Positions 28,088 through 42,058 are shown, counted from the stretch's first letter. The stretch is 64,000 nucleotides of DNA from Octopus vulgaris (GCA_951406725.2 OX597816.1:70246001-70310000), one strand, 5' to 3'. Made by a program: numbers and translations. The notes: generated by a model not told the origin, from the sequence alone.

Positions 28088-28929
28088 CAGTGTGCGGTGA
28101 ATAAACTGTTGTCTAAATTGCGCAAAATTGAAAATTACACTGGCATCTCGTTTTAACAGATATATTTACCAAAATTACATAAAAATATCTTGAAATACTA
28201 AAGAGTAAATTTATTCAATAAATTCCAGATGACTTCGGAATTTCCTGCAACTCTACTGGACAATTTCCTTGTTTAAGTCGGTGAATGTTGCCATAATCTT
28301 CGCCTTCAGTTCATCTTTGGTGTTACAAGGTGTTTTGTTGGTCTCTTGTCCAACATATAATAATGAAGGGGCTTCCAGTCTGCGAACTTAGGTGGCCAGA
28401 TGTTAGGGGGTTATGTGGTCGCATAAATTGTCTGACATTCATGACTGGGTTCTCCTGCTTGTGTGGCATGTTACAGACTCCTGTTACCAGGCATATAGTT
28501 TTCCAGTAGCCACCCTCTTGACCCAGTGCTGCACTACCTCCTCCAGGCACTTGATGTAGGCCTCCATGTTTAGTGTGAGGCTGCGCGGGAAGATAAATGG
28601 CGGCAGAACGTCGCCATCACTAGTGATCACTTCAAAAACCATTATGCTGACTGGGTATTTGATTTTTAGCACTCTCGGTACATATCCTCAGACTGATACT
28701 CAAACACTCTGAAATGTTTGTATTGGAGTTTCCGGGGCGAATGCCAAGCAGTACAGCATGTGGTTTCCAAATTTCTGGCAGAGCGAATTGCGTCATGGTG
28801 CTGTGTGCTTTCACAGACGATACCCAACTGACCCTACTAGAGTGTGTAGTCGACAAAATTCAAAAACAAACATCGTGCATGCGCAAAATCAAAAATATAA
28901 AATGGCGACAATTTAACCATCGCACCCTG
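28088..28929 (-). mobile_element. Internally deleted Tc1/mariner-superfamily element (maT/DD37D-like)
   Basis: Imperfect TIRs with TA flanks and fragments KYPVSIMVFEVITSDGDVLPPFIFP and WPP..P. It ends 85 bp before the locus 2 signal-exon acceptor. Confidence 0.7.
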
Positions 28930-29021
28930 TATATGTGTGTGTGTATGTAATTCATGAATATATGTATGCATATATGTTTGCCTGTATACTTGTATGTATA
29001 TTATAATTTTACAGCTTGAAA

Positions 29022-29082
29022 ATGAATTCTACATTTTGTCTTGTCATGCTGGGGCTTTTTATCATTACAGCCGGGGCTAATG
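29022..29082 (+). CDS. Locus 2 signal-peptide exon (MNSTFCLVMLGLFIITAGAN-)
   Basis: Acceptor ataattttacag at 29014, ATG at 29022, hydrophobic core with A-G-A cleavage motif, phase-1 donor G|GTAAGT at 29082/29083. Confidence 0.8.
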
Positions 29083-29695
29083 GTAAGTGATCAATATATC
29101 CGTTCTTTAAAATGCGTTTCATCACATTGTAATGCTGCTTATTATTTAATAGTAATGACTATATTTGATATTAAAATATTACAATAAGTTGTTTATAATT
29201 TTCTAAAACGAACTTTTGGTAGAATTCTACCATTCCTATTACAAGATTTGTAACCGACAACACTTTAACGTATTCACCAAATTAAGTACCACTGGAGTAC
29301 CGTGGTTGATCTAATCGACTGGCCCCCATCCCAGACATTTCGGGCTTTGTGCCTATATTAGAAAATAATTTTCTGTGCTTCGAGCATTTCCAGAGTCTCT
29401 GAGACTATTTACATAGAACTGGCCACAGGGGACATGCTTTATGAATTTAACCAATGCCTGTGTCTCTTATTGTAAGAACAGCTTCTAAGTCATAAACCAT
29501 TCCGCCATATCGACCCAATACCCATTACTAAGAATGATAAACTACACTCTAAGACAATGTTTCTTAATAAGAGTAAACTTTCCGATTAACAGTGTATTAT
29601 TTCCATTATTGTGAACCATGTGAAGGTCTTCCTACCTCCAAGCAGATCCAATGGAATCGGAAGCCCTGCATCACTAAGGGTTCATCTATTTATAA

Positions 29696-29926
29696 AGGCG
29701 GCGAGCTGGCAGAACCGTTAGCGCGCCGGGCGAAATGCTTAGCGGTATTTCGTCTGTCGTTACGTTCTGAGTTCAAATTCCGCCGAGGTCGACTTTGTCT
29801 TTCATCCTTTCGAGGTCTATAAATAAAGTACCAGTTTCGCACTGGGTCGATGTAATCGACTTAATCCCTTTACCTGTCCTTGTTTGTCCCCTCTATGTTT
29901 AGCTCCTTGTGGGTAGTAAAGAAATA
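29696..29926 (+). mobile_element. tRNA-derived SINE family B
   Basis: GGCGGCGAGCTGGCAGAA...GAGTTCAAATTCCGCCGAGGTCGACTTTG. Other copies at ~20660-20820(-), ~20900-21060, 36368-36517, 49764-49995 and ~55000-55520. Confidence 0.85.
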
Positions 29927-30087
29927 TAATGTACGTTGAAAGTTGATCTGTACGGCCGAAACAGTGTAGTAGCGTTTTTGGAAAACAAACATGACAAAAG
30001 TAGTTTCGAAATTAGAAGCTACTGTGATGTCTCTGATTTGTACGTAAGATATAACGTTCTTAAAGCAAAATTATTTTCTGATTTTAG

Positions 30088-30224
30088 GTGACAGTGTTGC
30101 ACTACATTTAACTCTATGCCGACAACGATATACAAATTCGCTTGATATTTACAAGTGTATGGCAGATAATTGTTGTAAATATACTCCATTGCACGAAATA
30201 AAGCAAGAAAATGATTTCGGATAA
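30088..30224 (+). CDS. Terminal peptide exon A: (G)DSVALHLTLCRQRYTNSLDIYKCMADNCCKYTPLHEIKQENDFG*
   Basis: Acceptor ttttctgattttag at 30087, phase 1, open to TAA at 30222-30224. Flanks are homologous to the other terminal exons. Confidence 0.7.
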
Positions 30225-30503
30225 TAAAAGCAATAATTTAAAACAGAAACGGAAACAAGCTGCCGAAATTCGTATTAACATTAAACAGATCATTGGATCG
30301 TATTTCGGTAGATGGGTTGTTTTCGTGATTAAAGTGTGAAATATACACATAATATTATGTCTTTGTTAACATATAACTGTTTGATGTAATTATTTCCTTT
30401 TTCATAAACATTGGATACATCTCTACTTGGAAAATTTGACGACTAGTAGATTAGTCCGTTGCTTAATTGGTGTATGAAGCAATGATATTTTAATTAGTTA
30501 GAT

Positions 30504-30872
30504 AAGGCGGCAAGCTGGCGTTACGTTCTGAGTTCAAATTCCGCCGAGGTCGACTTTGTCTTTCATCCTTTCGGGGTCGATAAAATAAGTACCGGTTATG
30601 CACTGGGGTCGATATAATCGACTTAATCCGTTTGTCTGTCCTTGTTTGTCCTCTCTGTGTTTAGCCCCTTGTGGGTAGTAAAGAAATAGGTATTTCATCC
30701 GCCGTTACGTTCTGAGTTCAAATTCCGCTGAGGTTGACTTTGCTTTTCATCCTTTCGGGATCGATAAATTAAGTACCAGTTATGCACTGGGATTGATGTA
30801 ATCGACTTAATCCATTTGTCTGTCCTTGTTTGTCTCCTCTATGTTTGGCTTCTTGTGGGCAATAAAGAAATA
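30504..30872 (+). mobile_element. SINE family B, tandem dimer
   Basis: Two consecutive bodies, each ending GTGGG.A.TAAAGAAATA. Confidence 0.85.
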
Positions 30873-30889
30873 AGAAATATGTTTAACGC

Positions 30890-32023
30890 AAAATTTCACG
30901 TTGGCTCTCATGAACGTTTCTGTTGAACGTTTCTGTTCATGACAAAATCGCAGACTACAGCATACACGTGATGACACAAAAATACAAATTTCACAACTTG
31001 CGAAGTAAACACAGTGATGTCACTTGGAAAGTCTGCAACAGTGACGTTGAGCATGCTTCGGTAAGCTTACGCCGACGGGGTAGTGAACCGCTGAAGCAAT
31101 GTTTCGAGTTGCACAGGCGCTTCATAAGCGAAAAAAACGTCCCTGGAAGACGATGAGCGATCTGGAAGACCTGCTACGAGCTTTATCCCCGGAAATGTGG
31201 AGAAAATCCATTGATTATGTTGTTGGTCTGTTGTATGGATCTGGGCAGGTAATCCTAACAGCTGAACTGAACATGCGGCGTGTCTCTGCTAAGTTTGTAC
31301 CCCGCGTGCTGACCACTGAGCAGGAAGAACATCGCGCCGAAGTCTGTCAAGGTCTCCTTCAGCATGCGGCTGATGAACCATCCTTTATGAGGGGATCAAC
31401 ACTGGTGACGAGTGCAGGGTTTACAGGTACGACCCTGTAATGAAGCAGCAGTGGTCACAATGGAAGAGCCCTTTATCTCCACGACCGAAGAAGGCACGAC
31501 AGAGCCGCAGCTCAATCTAGAGCATGCTCGTCGTGTTTTTTCTTTTCGACATCTGCGGTATGGTGTATTGAGAATTCGTCCCCTTGGGCTAGACCGTCAA
31601 TTGAGAGTTCTACTACGACTCTTTGAGGCGTGAGGGAGAACATTCAATGAAAGCGACCAGATCTGTGGAAAGCAAATAATTAGAATCTTCATGACAATAA
31701 CACAACATGGTATCGCTTCTGCACCAACCCTATTCGCCAGATTTAGCATCTGCGAATTTCCATCTCTGCCCCAGGATGAAAATACAGCTCAAAAGTAGTT
31801 TTAACACCGTTGTCAAGATCAAGATCAAGAGTGAATCGCAGAAGGTTCTCCACTCGCTTATTGAAAACGATTTCCAGGCTGGACTCCAAAAGTGGCAGGA
31901 AAGCTGGAACTGGGGTATTGTTGCGCAAGGTGACTATTTCGAAGAAGATGATGTTAAAACTTAAGTAAAGAAATAATTCTTTATTAAACATTACTAATCC
32001 GGGCACGTTTTGTAACCCCCTCG
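30890..32023 (+). mobile_element. Degenerate mariner element (second family)
   Basis: RRVSAKFVPRVLT, PYSPDLASANF and QGDYFE fragments. Right end ...TTGTAACCCCCTCG-TA. Confidence 0.85.
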
Positions 32024-32029
32024 TATTTA

Positions 32030-32398
32030 TTCCAGGACAGCCTTTTTTTCCGAATAGCATTGTATATTGTTTTTGCGACGACGCCATGTCGCATAGAGTT
32101 ACTACCTTGATGACATTTTTAGTAAGGTGCTAATCACATGTGGCATATCTTCCACAGAAATATGGCAATCTACATTTGCACTTGCATCTTGGAACTCCAG
32201 GGAATCACTACCTTTTTTTATTTATTAAACATTTAGTAGCAGTCGCTTGTTCTTGGATTGCAAATGTATAACTCTTTGAAATATGATGTTATGTAACGGG
32301 CATGAGTCCAAGAGAAGTTTTGCTTCTGTCAATGTTACTATCCTCTTCAAGTCTTCAGGAAACACACCCACGTATGGTCATTTGTGTGCGTGTGTGCG

Positions 32399-32450
<52 letters not shown>

Positions 32451-32451
32451 T

Positions 32452-32483
<32 letters not shown>

Positions 32484-33190
32484 TTGTGCGTGTGCGGGCA
32501 CGCGCTGCGCGTTTAACCTCCAAGTCTTCTTTGAGGTATTCTAGTCCCGATAATTTGGGGTCGTATGAGAGGTCATCAGGATGAGAGTATTTCCTAAGAA
32601 GTTCATTTCCAAAACGCAGGATCTTATTCTCTTCACTTTTCAGCGCTGAGGCAATGTATTTATTTTTTTGGCTGTTATTTACCAAGTGCTGTCTGAGCGA
32701 CTATGCCGCATTCGAAGGTTATCTGCACTGGTCGCAAACCTCTACTACTTCTAACTCTTCTTAGGTAGAGCCTGTCTATATCATTATTTTTATGAAGCCG
32801 ATTTTAGAATCTTGCGGGTTTTGATGTTTATGTATCCAAAATGTTGGATTCAACACTGGTACTGCAAATGCATTGTGGAATATTGTCTTGTAAGAGGAGA
32901 GTTCAGACTGCTGCATTTTTCTTAGACTTGTTCATTTTATAGTTATTCACATTATCTTCGTATGACATACTTTCATCAACGCCTAGGTACTTGTAACGTT
33001 CTTTGAAAGAGACAGGAGAGGTAGCCAGAGCATTGATGGAGAGGTTTTGCGCCTGGAGTACTAATTTCACTCGTTCAACAATCAAATAGTCGCATCCCTA
33101 TTTCAGCTGAAAATGTTATTAATCCCAGCTGCGTTTTGGCATTGTCAGCATTTTAGCATAAGTTTTGAAGTCAACCACAAAGAAAGAAAT
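32030..33190 (-). mobile_element. Degenerate non-LTR retrotransposon RT-region fragment (R4-like)
   Basis: YKYLGVDE and NAFAVPVL-type fragments with many stops. Confidence 0.5.
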
Positions 33191-35983
33191 TATAGGTTAC
33201 ATTAATATCTAGCAGTTGCAAAGTAGGTGAGGGCGGGCAAAGGTGTGGAAGAGAAGCGATTTGTTTTTTGTGCCGGCAATGATAAAGGACTTAAGGTCAA
33301 AAAGAGTCAATGATCACTTTGTGTGTTTCTCTCCCTATCATCGATGTTAGTGTGTGTACGTCACAATAACTAAGCGGTTCGGCAAAAGAGACCGATAGAA
33401 TAAGTGTTAGGCTTACAAAGAATAAATCCTGGGGTCGATTTGTTCGACCAAGGGCGGTGCACCAGCATGACTGCAGTCCAAATTACTAAAACAAGTAAAA
33501 TATATATATATATATATATATACACACACTTTTATTGAAACGAAATATTTCCACCCAAGAATTATAAGGGAACGAAGATTCATACTGTATATCTGATCTT
33601 TATAAGCAGGAAGCTTACCTTAGTTCTCGTGCTCCTGAATTCTCAGGACTTTTCGGTCTGCAGATGCTCCCACTATTATCCTTCTCTTCCACATCTTTGG
33701 CTGCCCTTACATTCAATACTGTTATCTACTCTTGTCTCCCTGAACACAACAAAACAAAAACATTAAAGCCCTTAGAGATCAATCATGAGGAAAATAGACA
33801 TAACAGGTCTTGCTTATTAGAATCGTCTCCAGAAACACAAGCTTCATTCCCTCCAAGACGGTCGTGAGCGTTATATTAATTGCATTATGTGGAAATGTTC
33901 TATACCCTTGTATTGGATGTATGATATAACGAAGCAGGGAGGGAAGAAAGTATATTCACGACGCACTGCTATTACTATTGCACGAAACTTTACATTCACA
34001 CTCACGGCTCACAGTGAACTGCTAGAAACCCGAAGTGCCAGTCGTTCAGTTTGGTTTGTTTTGTTTTTGTTTTTTGTTTTTTACTTTATAACAATGTGAC
34101 AGTCCATGTTCAGTAACTTGCGGGTTGGTTGGAATCCTTCCACAACAAAAATATTCAACATCACCACCAAAATAACATTAGCATCATGCACGCACGCAAA
34201 TATGTGTGAACATTATGAAAGCATGGGTATAATGAACAAATACAAAACGAAGGGAACAAAGATGAGAGAAGATTAACAAATATTGTAAAACTTTGAAAAA
34301 TAAAATGGAAGGGAAAGAATCGTCACATTTCGGCCGCTAGTTCTTCATTGGAAGAACTGTATAAAATGAAACTATAAAAGGGGAAATGTCTTAGCAAAGG
34401 GAGAGAGGGAGAGAGAAAGAGAGAGAGAGAGGAAAAATCCAGATGAGTGGATAGTAGCCAGTTAAGAATGCGGGTCTAGGCTGATTGAAAAAAGTGAACA
34501 GTTGTATCTATCTGTGTTTTGAGATTGCATAAAGGTGAGTGCTGTGTGTGTGTGTGTGTGTGTGTGTTTGTGATTGCGTGATATTTGTGCGTGTGCGCGT
34601 GCATGTGTGCGTGTGCCTGCGCGCGCATGTATATATGTGTGTGTGTAGAAATACGAAACTATGAGTATGTGGGTTATTGAGGGTATGGAATGTTGGTCTG
34701 TGTGTGAGTGTGTGTGTGTGTATAATCGTTATGTATTCGTTCGAAATGCGTGAAAAGGAGGAGTTGCGAACGAGTGCGAGTGTGAGGTATAAAGAAAGCT
34801 AGAAAAAATGTGGAGAGGAGATAGAAGAAACATGGATTTGAGATGATAAAGTCCTGAAAATCCAAAGGTTGTGAAGATTGTAAAGTTCGCACGTAAAGAT
34901 GAGTTACAAAAATTAGCCGAAGAAAGTTTAGTCTGACTGTATGGCTTGGAAGAGATGGTGTACAATGACACAGAAGAGGAAATCTGGCGCAGGGTAAGAA
35001 AATGTGTTAGACAGAAGAGTAAGGAGAGTAAGAAGATGAAGGACATTGGTCAAGGAGGAAAGCACTTGTGTGCGCGTGCACTACGTGTGTGTGTGTGTGT
35101 GAATGTCTGTGTATATGAATGTGTGTGTGCATGAATGTGTCTGTGTATGTGAATGTGTGTGTTAATTACCTTAAGGGTTTGTGATAGGGAAGGTGTGAAA
35201 CAGAGTGCTCACGCACAGCGGAGGTAGCAGGGCAGGGGTGTGAGAGAGAAGAAAAGTCAGCCAATTATATGACTGTCAACATCTCACAATTGTTTATTAT
35301 AATAATATAAATAATATATAAAGATATGCATGTGTACATACATATATGTACATATCTACATGTATATGTATATATACATGCATATATGGGTACAGGACAT
35401 CGAAAAAAAATTGAACACAATCAGAAACGAAAACATAAAAACAAAAACATAGAAACGAACTTTTTTCGAACAACAGGAAAAAAAACAAGCAGAGAAACGA
35501 GACATGCAACATAAAGAATATTCCCCTTCTTCAGTTGTCCCTGTTTCATTTACTACGCGTTTATTATATAATCATTAACTATATGAATTACAACAACCAT
35601 TCATTGTTCTTAAATATATTGATGAAATCCATTTTCATTTTCGTAATATTATAAAATAGTTGAAACGAGAATCACTGGATAAATACAATTTTCTGTCAAT
35701 AACGCGTTATAAATAATAGAATGCAGTTCAAATCCAGAAAAAAGCTATCAATAATATGTAAGAGATGAAGGATTCAAGTGAGATAGTTGTGAGAAACGAC
35801 ATGCATTGGTAGAGTTGTTTAAACATATGTCGAAGGTTAATCTGTGTGGCAGAGACAGTGTGATGACGTTTTGTAAAACAGATATGACAAAAGAGCAGTT
35901 CTGAAATTACAGCCTAGTATGTTGATGTGACTTTTACATATATAACACAATGGCTTTAAACACGTATTCTTGTCTAATTTTAG

Positions 35984-36123
35984 AAATTACGCAAGCGAAA
36001 TGTGAAACTTTCTGCCAACAGCTACATGACTCCGAGGCAACTACGTATGATTTAACAGAGTGTCTGATTAAAAGATGTGGCTGGCATCATGGACAAGGAA
36101 ATTATGTCCCAAAAAGATTGTGA
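35984..36123 (+). CDS. Terminal peptide exon B: (E)ITQAKCETFCQQLHDSEATTYDLTECLIKRCGWHHGQGNYVPKRL*
   Basis: Acceptor gtctaattttag at 35983, phase 1, CX3C-X15-CX4C, TGA at 36121-36123, AATAAA at 36153. Confidence 0.7.
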
Positions 36124-36937
36124 ACATTCGAGGAGAGTGGACTTTCGCAAGGAATAAAAAAAAAAGAAAACATTTTTAGATATCAAAAGCAATAATGTTA
36201 AACTTAAAGGAGAAACAGCCTGCTGAAATTCGCATTGACACTTAAGATCGCGCAGGGTTGCATTTCGGTATATGGGTTATTTCTTCCTTCAATGTAAAAT
36301 TCGTGATTAGAATATGAAATATATAATGTAAGATGAAGTCTTCATGTAATTATATTTATTTGATGGGAGGCGGCGAGCTGGTAGAAACGTTAGCACTCCT
36401 TTCGGAGTCGATTAAATAAGTACCAGTTACGCACTGGGTCGATGTAATCGACTTAATCCGTTTGTCTGTCCTTGTTTGCCCCCTCTATGTTTAACCTCTT
36501 GTGAGCAATAAAGAAATATATATTTGTTTGATGGAATTATTTCATTTTTATAAAAGTATTTACTTGATATGGGTCACATCTTTACGTAGAAAATTTGAAG
36601 ACTAGTAAAGTGGAAAGTTGCTGAAGTGATGTACGAATTCAAGACGTTTTAATTAGTTAAACCAACGACTTTTAGTGAGACTAATTCTACAAAGAAGAGG
36701 TATGAAAAAAAAACCTACAAATATAATTTTGTTTCCACTTACATATCTTGCAAAATATAGCCTAATTTGTTAATGTGCACTTTCTTTCCCTGCTAAGGTT
36801 ACATTTGTATATTGTCAGTGAACCACCGAATTTCGAGTAGTTGAACAAGATATCATTTTCATATTTCCAATTTGACTATAAACAGAAAAAAAAGAAAATC
36901 CACTGCTGAAAATTATGTGTGGATGTATCTGTGCATG

Positions 36938-37247
36938 GGAGGCGCAATGACCCAGTGGTTAGGTCAGCGAACTCGCGGTCGGAGGATCGCGGTTTCGATT
37001 CCCAGACCGGGCGTTGTGAGTGTTTATTGAGTGAAAACACCTAAAAGCTCCACGAGGCCTCGGCAGGGGGTGTTGGTGACCCCTGTTGTACTCTTTCGCC
37101 GCAACTTTCTCTCACTCTCTCTTCTTGTTTCTTGAGTAACGCTGCGATGGACTGGTGTCCCGTCCAGCTGGGGAGAACACCTACGCCACAGAAACCGGGA
37201 AACCGGGCCCATGAGCCTGGCTAGGCTTGAAAAGGGCGACGTTTATC
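36938..37247 (+). mobile_element. SINE family C with 13-bp TSD GTATCTGTGCATG
   Basis: TSD directly before the head and at ~37248. Further related copies at 39205-39455 (TSD ACTACCGTAGTTC), 58226-58495 and 61208-61518 (TSD ATAAAATATAAAT). Confidence 0.85.
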
Positions 37248-37357
37248 GTATCTGTGCATGAGCATGCACACACACAAGTGTGTGTGTAAGTGTGTGTGTT
37301 TGTATATGTGCGTGTGGAGAGAGAGTGTGTGTTTGAAGTGGTGTACAGATATTGTAT

Positions 37358-38480
37358 ATTACATGGGAAAATGTGAGCAAAAGAAATACTATCCTTAAGA
37401 TTATAAACCTGGAAAAGTTCAGGAGAAGTTATTACATCTGGTAAAGTACAGAACAAGAAAATTTTTACTTAAATATTGCAGCTAAGGATATAATTTCAAA
37501 TAAAATATTTGGATTTAGAAAATATTAGCTTTTATTAAAACTGTTCATAAAATAATTATAACGTGTGAGGATTTTAATCTGACTTTTTTGAATCTATACA
37601 TGCAAGTGTTTGTGTATAGACGTGCAAACACGCTTTGTTATGGGTATGTATAACACTCGTTCGTATATTTTTTGCATATATTGCGCTGAAGATAGAAGAA
37701 AATTCGCCATTAATGTGGAGTCTTTTTAAATATCTTCTCAGTAGCCCGCTTTCAATTGTATGCATTTATAGTGTTTTTTCGGTAGCTTCGTAATGCTTGG
37801 ACATTAATTCAGTATGAAGCAGGTAAGTCTTGTTTTGACCTTCTCCCTTAAAATAATATTATTAAAACTAAAAATTTTATTACAAGTTATTACTTCTATT
37901 TGTTATTACTTGTTACTTCTATTAAAAATTTAAAATTACTCGATTTAAATATGTTTTGCTCTTTAAAAAAATTCATTTTTTAAATTATTAATTAATAAAT
38001 TGAAATTTTAAAATAAATTATAAAATTAATAGTAGTACATAATTAGTTAGTACAATAAATAGAATAATACCAAAATTAGTTATATATTAGAGTAAAATCT
38101 AACTATAACAACAAATTCACAGGAAAATTAGCTTGAGTTATTGCCTAAGTTATTGCCAAGTCTTCACATTTAGTCTTTAGTACTTTTTTACAATATGAAT
38201 TTTCCTACCATATATTCTATTCTGCTTTGCATAAAACTTTAGCTATATTGGTACTTCTAGCTCTCATTTTTTAAGTATTCTAGTGTATCAATACTTAACA
38301 ACATTATGGTACCTCTTTTTAAGTATAATTTTTAATATTCAAATTTTATCCTTAGCTGCAATACTTAAAGTAAAATTTTTCTTGTTCTATACTCTCCCAG
38401 ATGTAATAACTTGTCCTGGACTTTTCCAGATTTATAATCTTAAGAATATCATTTCTCTTGCTCGCATTTTTCCATGTAAT
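37358..38480. mobile_element. Non-autonomous TIR element (~150-bp imperfect inverted repeats)
   Basis: 37358-37510 is the reverse complement of 38330-38480. Confidence 0.75.
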
Positions 38481-40236
38481 CCATGTTTTTTCCAGGTTAT
38501 GCTATTATTCTAATAATACGTCAAATGTGTCAATTAGCGGTGTCGTTGATACTTTTCCCTACCTCAATGATGCCGGTGGCATATATTAAAAGTCCTCGTG
38601 TAGAACTATATTCATAAAAAGTATAGTACTATATTATCACCCTCAAATTTGAGAAACAAACACTCATAATTTTTTTCTTTTGAAACATCCTTGCATGAGA
38701 TGATACCATGAAATTCCTCGAATTGAACTGCATCATTTAAGCTTCAGTAAGATATAGTTTGTTTTTAAATAAAGAAAGTTAATTATATTTAAATCCAATT
38801 TTTTGCCTTGCTTATATTTTTTCATGATATTTCACCTCATAACTTTTTCGACACAAATTTTTGTTGCATGGGACCAAAACTATGAAATTCTTAATGCTTT
38901 CTTCTATCACTGAAGCTAAGATAAGTATATTTTGCTTTTTAAATAAAAAGTTTATTTAGATCTAAACTTGACTGGTGATGTTACTTACTCTCCTGTAACG
39001 TTGTTACAAATTTTAATATAAACTTTTTTCTACTGGAACAAATATCAATTGTTATGCCAAAATGTAGCTAGGGAAAAGTACTCTTCAAAAATATTAGCGG
39101 TTTTGCATTTGGTTAAGAACTGAATTAGCAACAAGCTTTGAAAGATGTGAGTAAATTGCGTGTGAGTAAATAATAATATTATTCAGCTACTACCGTAGTT
39201 CGTGGAGGAGCGTGGCTTAGTGGTTAGGGTGTTGGACTCATGATCGTAAGAGTGTGGTTTTGATTCCTGGTCCGGGTGATGCGTTGTGTTCTTGAGCAAG
39301 ACACTTCATTTTACGTTGCTCCAGTCCATTCAGCTGGCAAAAATGAGTAACCCTGCGACGGATCGGCGTCACGTCCAGGTGGGGGAATTTATACGCCACT
39401 GAAACCGGGAAACCGACCCCTATGAGCCGGACGTGGCTCCAGAAAGAAACACTTCACTACCGTAGTTCAATGATAGAGAATGAAATGGCAGCCACAATTT
39501 TAGATAATTCTTTATTAGCGTTGGCGTTCGTTTAACCGAACAAAATGCTTATAAAGAATTATCCAAACTTCTGGCTGCCTCCTTTCTTTCTCTCTCTCTC
39601 TATATATATATATATATTATATATATATATGTATGCATGTGTGCATGTGTGCATGTATGCATGTATGCATGTATTATGTATGCAAGTGTGCATGTATGTA
39701 TTTATGTATGTATTTATGTATGTATGTATGTATGCATGTGTGTATGTATAGGTCTTAAGAATGTAGTTAATGCCAGTCCCATCTCTTTCCTTTCGAAGCA
39801 AATCTGCTTATTCCATTATTACAATCCCGTATGTAGGCGCATGTTGGTTCCAAATACACATTAAAGTTGAGAATTATGGAAATATTTCGAAAGGCATTGT
39901 ATAATGACACAAGAAATTGGATTTTTTTTTTTGTATTATCTATTCGTATGTTACAAGGAATTACAGAGTATTATGTGTTAGACAGACATGTATGGAATTT
40001 CCTATTAGAAAAGCTTCAGAAAATTTACATTAGAATAAAGCGTTTATATTTAGATAGTTATCACAGACACCACATAGCGCCCTGGTGAAGGAAGAAAGGG
40101 TAGAGCGAAACACACAAACATACATGCAAACACACACAAACATACACAGTACGTACAGGCATATACACAAATGCATACATGCGCACAAAAATACAGAAAA
40201 GCAAATATATATACAGACACATACACAGCACATAAT

Positions 40237-40290
<54 letters not shown>

Positions 40291-40581
40291 AAGAAAGGAA
40301 GGCCAATTTAAAGACGATAATTCGCGTTTTTATATTTATTAAAAAAAAACATTATAAAAATAAGATGAAATATATATATATAATATATTTATATATATAC
40401 TCTTTACTCTTTTACTCTTTTACTTGTTTCAGTCATTTGACTGTGGCCATGCCGGAGCACCGCCTTTAATCGAGCAACTCGACCCCGGGACTTATTCTAT
40501 CGGTCTCTTTTGCCGAACCACTAAGTAACGGGGACGTAAACACACCAGCATCGGTTGTCAAGCAAATATATAAATATATAA

Positions 40582-40700
<119 letters not shown>

Positions 40701-40706
40701 GTATAT

Positions 40707-40872
40707 AGGCGCAGGAGTGGCTGTGTGGTAAGTAGCTTGCTAACCAACCACATGGTTCCGGGTTCAGTCCCACTGCGTGGCATCTTGGGCAAGTGTCTTC
40801 TGCTATAGCCTCGGGTCGACCAATGCCTTGTGAGTGGATTTGGTAGACGGAAACTGAAAGAAGCCTGTCCTA

Positions 40873-40917
<45 letters not shown>

Positions 40918-41122
40918 ATGTTTGTGTGTCTGTGTTTGTCCCTCTAGCATTGCTTGACAACCGATGCTGGTGTGTTTATGTCCCCGTCACTTAGCGGTTC
41001 GGCAAAAAGAGACCGATAGAATAAGTACTGGGTTTACAAAGAATAAGTCCCGGGGTCGAGTTGCTCGATTAAAGGCGGTGCTCCAGCATGGCCGCAGTCA
41101 AATGGCTGAAACAAGTAAAAGA

Positions 41123-41123
<1 letters not shown>
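40707..41123 (+). mobile_element. Full-length SINE family A with internal (TA)n/(TG)n
   Basis: GGCGCAGGAGTGGCTGTGTGGTAAGTAGC...GAAACAAGTAAAAGAG. An inverted 3' half lies at 40400-40563. Other copies at 27230-27540(-), 33320-33500, 51078-51480, 57763-58172 and 58670-59400(-). Confidence 0.9.
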
Positions 41124-41165
<42 letters not shown>

Positions 41166-41243
41166 TACAGCAGGAGTGGCTGTGTGGCAAGTGTCTTCTG
41201 CTATAGCCCCGGGCCGACCGGAAAGAAGCCTGTCGTATATATG

Positions 41244-41297
<54 letters not shown>

Positions 41298-41378
41298 TGT
41301 GTCTATGTTTGTTCCCCTACTGAAACAAGTAAAAGAGTAAAAGAGTAAAGAGTAAAGAGTAAATATATATATATATAA

Positions 41379-41464
<86 letters not shown>

Positions 41465-41571
41465 TATATTAAATTAAAGACAAAACCACTATTATGCAAA
41501 TCAAACAAAGAAAGACTTAAGCCAATACATAAAATAATTTATATAAATTTAGAAATTTAACAATTATAAAT

Positions 41572-41632
41572 AACCACTACGATCGTTTCATGTCTTATTT
41601 CAGCACATCTTTGAGACGTTCTTCAGGTGGTT
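41572..41632 (-). ncRNA. Type I hammerhead ribozyme motif
   Basis: Minus strand: AACCAC CUGAAGA ACGUCU..AGACAU GAAA C GAUC GUA GUGGUU. 6-bp stem I and palindromic stem III. Confidence 0.8.
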
Positions 41633-41775
41633 TCAAAACCTAAAATATAATCAATATTTTTAAGATATAAATAATCTATATAATCTAAATAAAATTTACT
41701 TATAATAAACTCTATTATTAAATATGATTATATCGAAATCGACTATAATGTTAATATATAATATATTTTATACAT

Positions 41776-41850
<75 letters not shown>

Positions 41851-42012
41851 TATATATATATATATATATATATAGCAATAATAATTCTCTAAATGAGATA
41901 TAGACAGTAACTGCTCCATAACATAAGGGACTAAAGCCAAATGTATTTTGCTTGAAAATCTATATATGAATATCCTGCAGAGTGAGATTTCGTCGAGGAA
42001 GCGGGGGCCTAC

Positions 42013-42058
42013 CACACGTTGATGATAGGCAATACACCTTGAAACCATGGTCCGTGTG
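42013..42058 (+). ncRNA. Type I hammerhead ribozyme motif, copy 1 of tandem repeat
   Basis: CACACG UUGAUGA U AGG..CCU U GAAA C CAUG GUC CGUGUG. C3U variant core. Confidence 0.65.

Noticed and set aside
33664-33867. ORF MLPLLSFSSTSLAALTF.. after a cag, considered as a signal exon for exon B
   Set aside because: No similarity to the two signal exons, weak hydrophobic core and no consensus phase-1 donor.
35984-36123. Small Tim (Tim9/10-like) identity suggested by twin CX3C spacing
   Set aside because: These exons join a secretory signal peptide, are hypervariable and mostly end in CX4C. Small Tims are conserved and lack signal peptides.
36938-37015. tRNA-like sequences (also at 21248, 39205, 58226, 61208)
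   Set aside because: They are SINE heads continuing into shared SINE bodies with TSDs, not tRNA genes.
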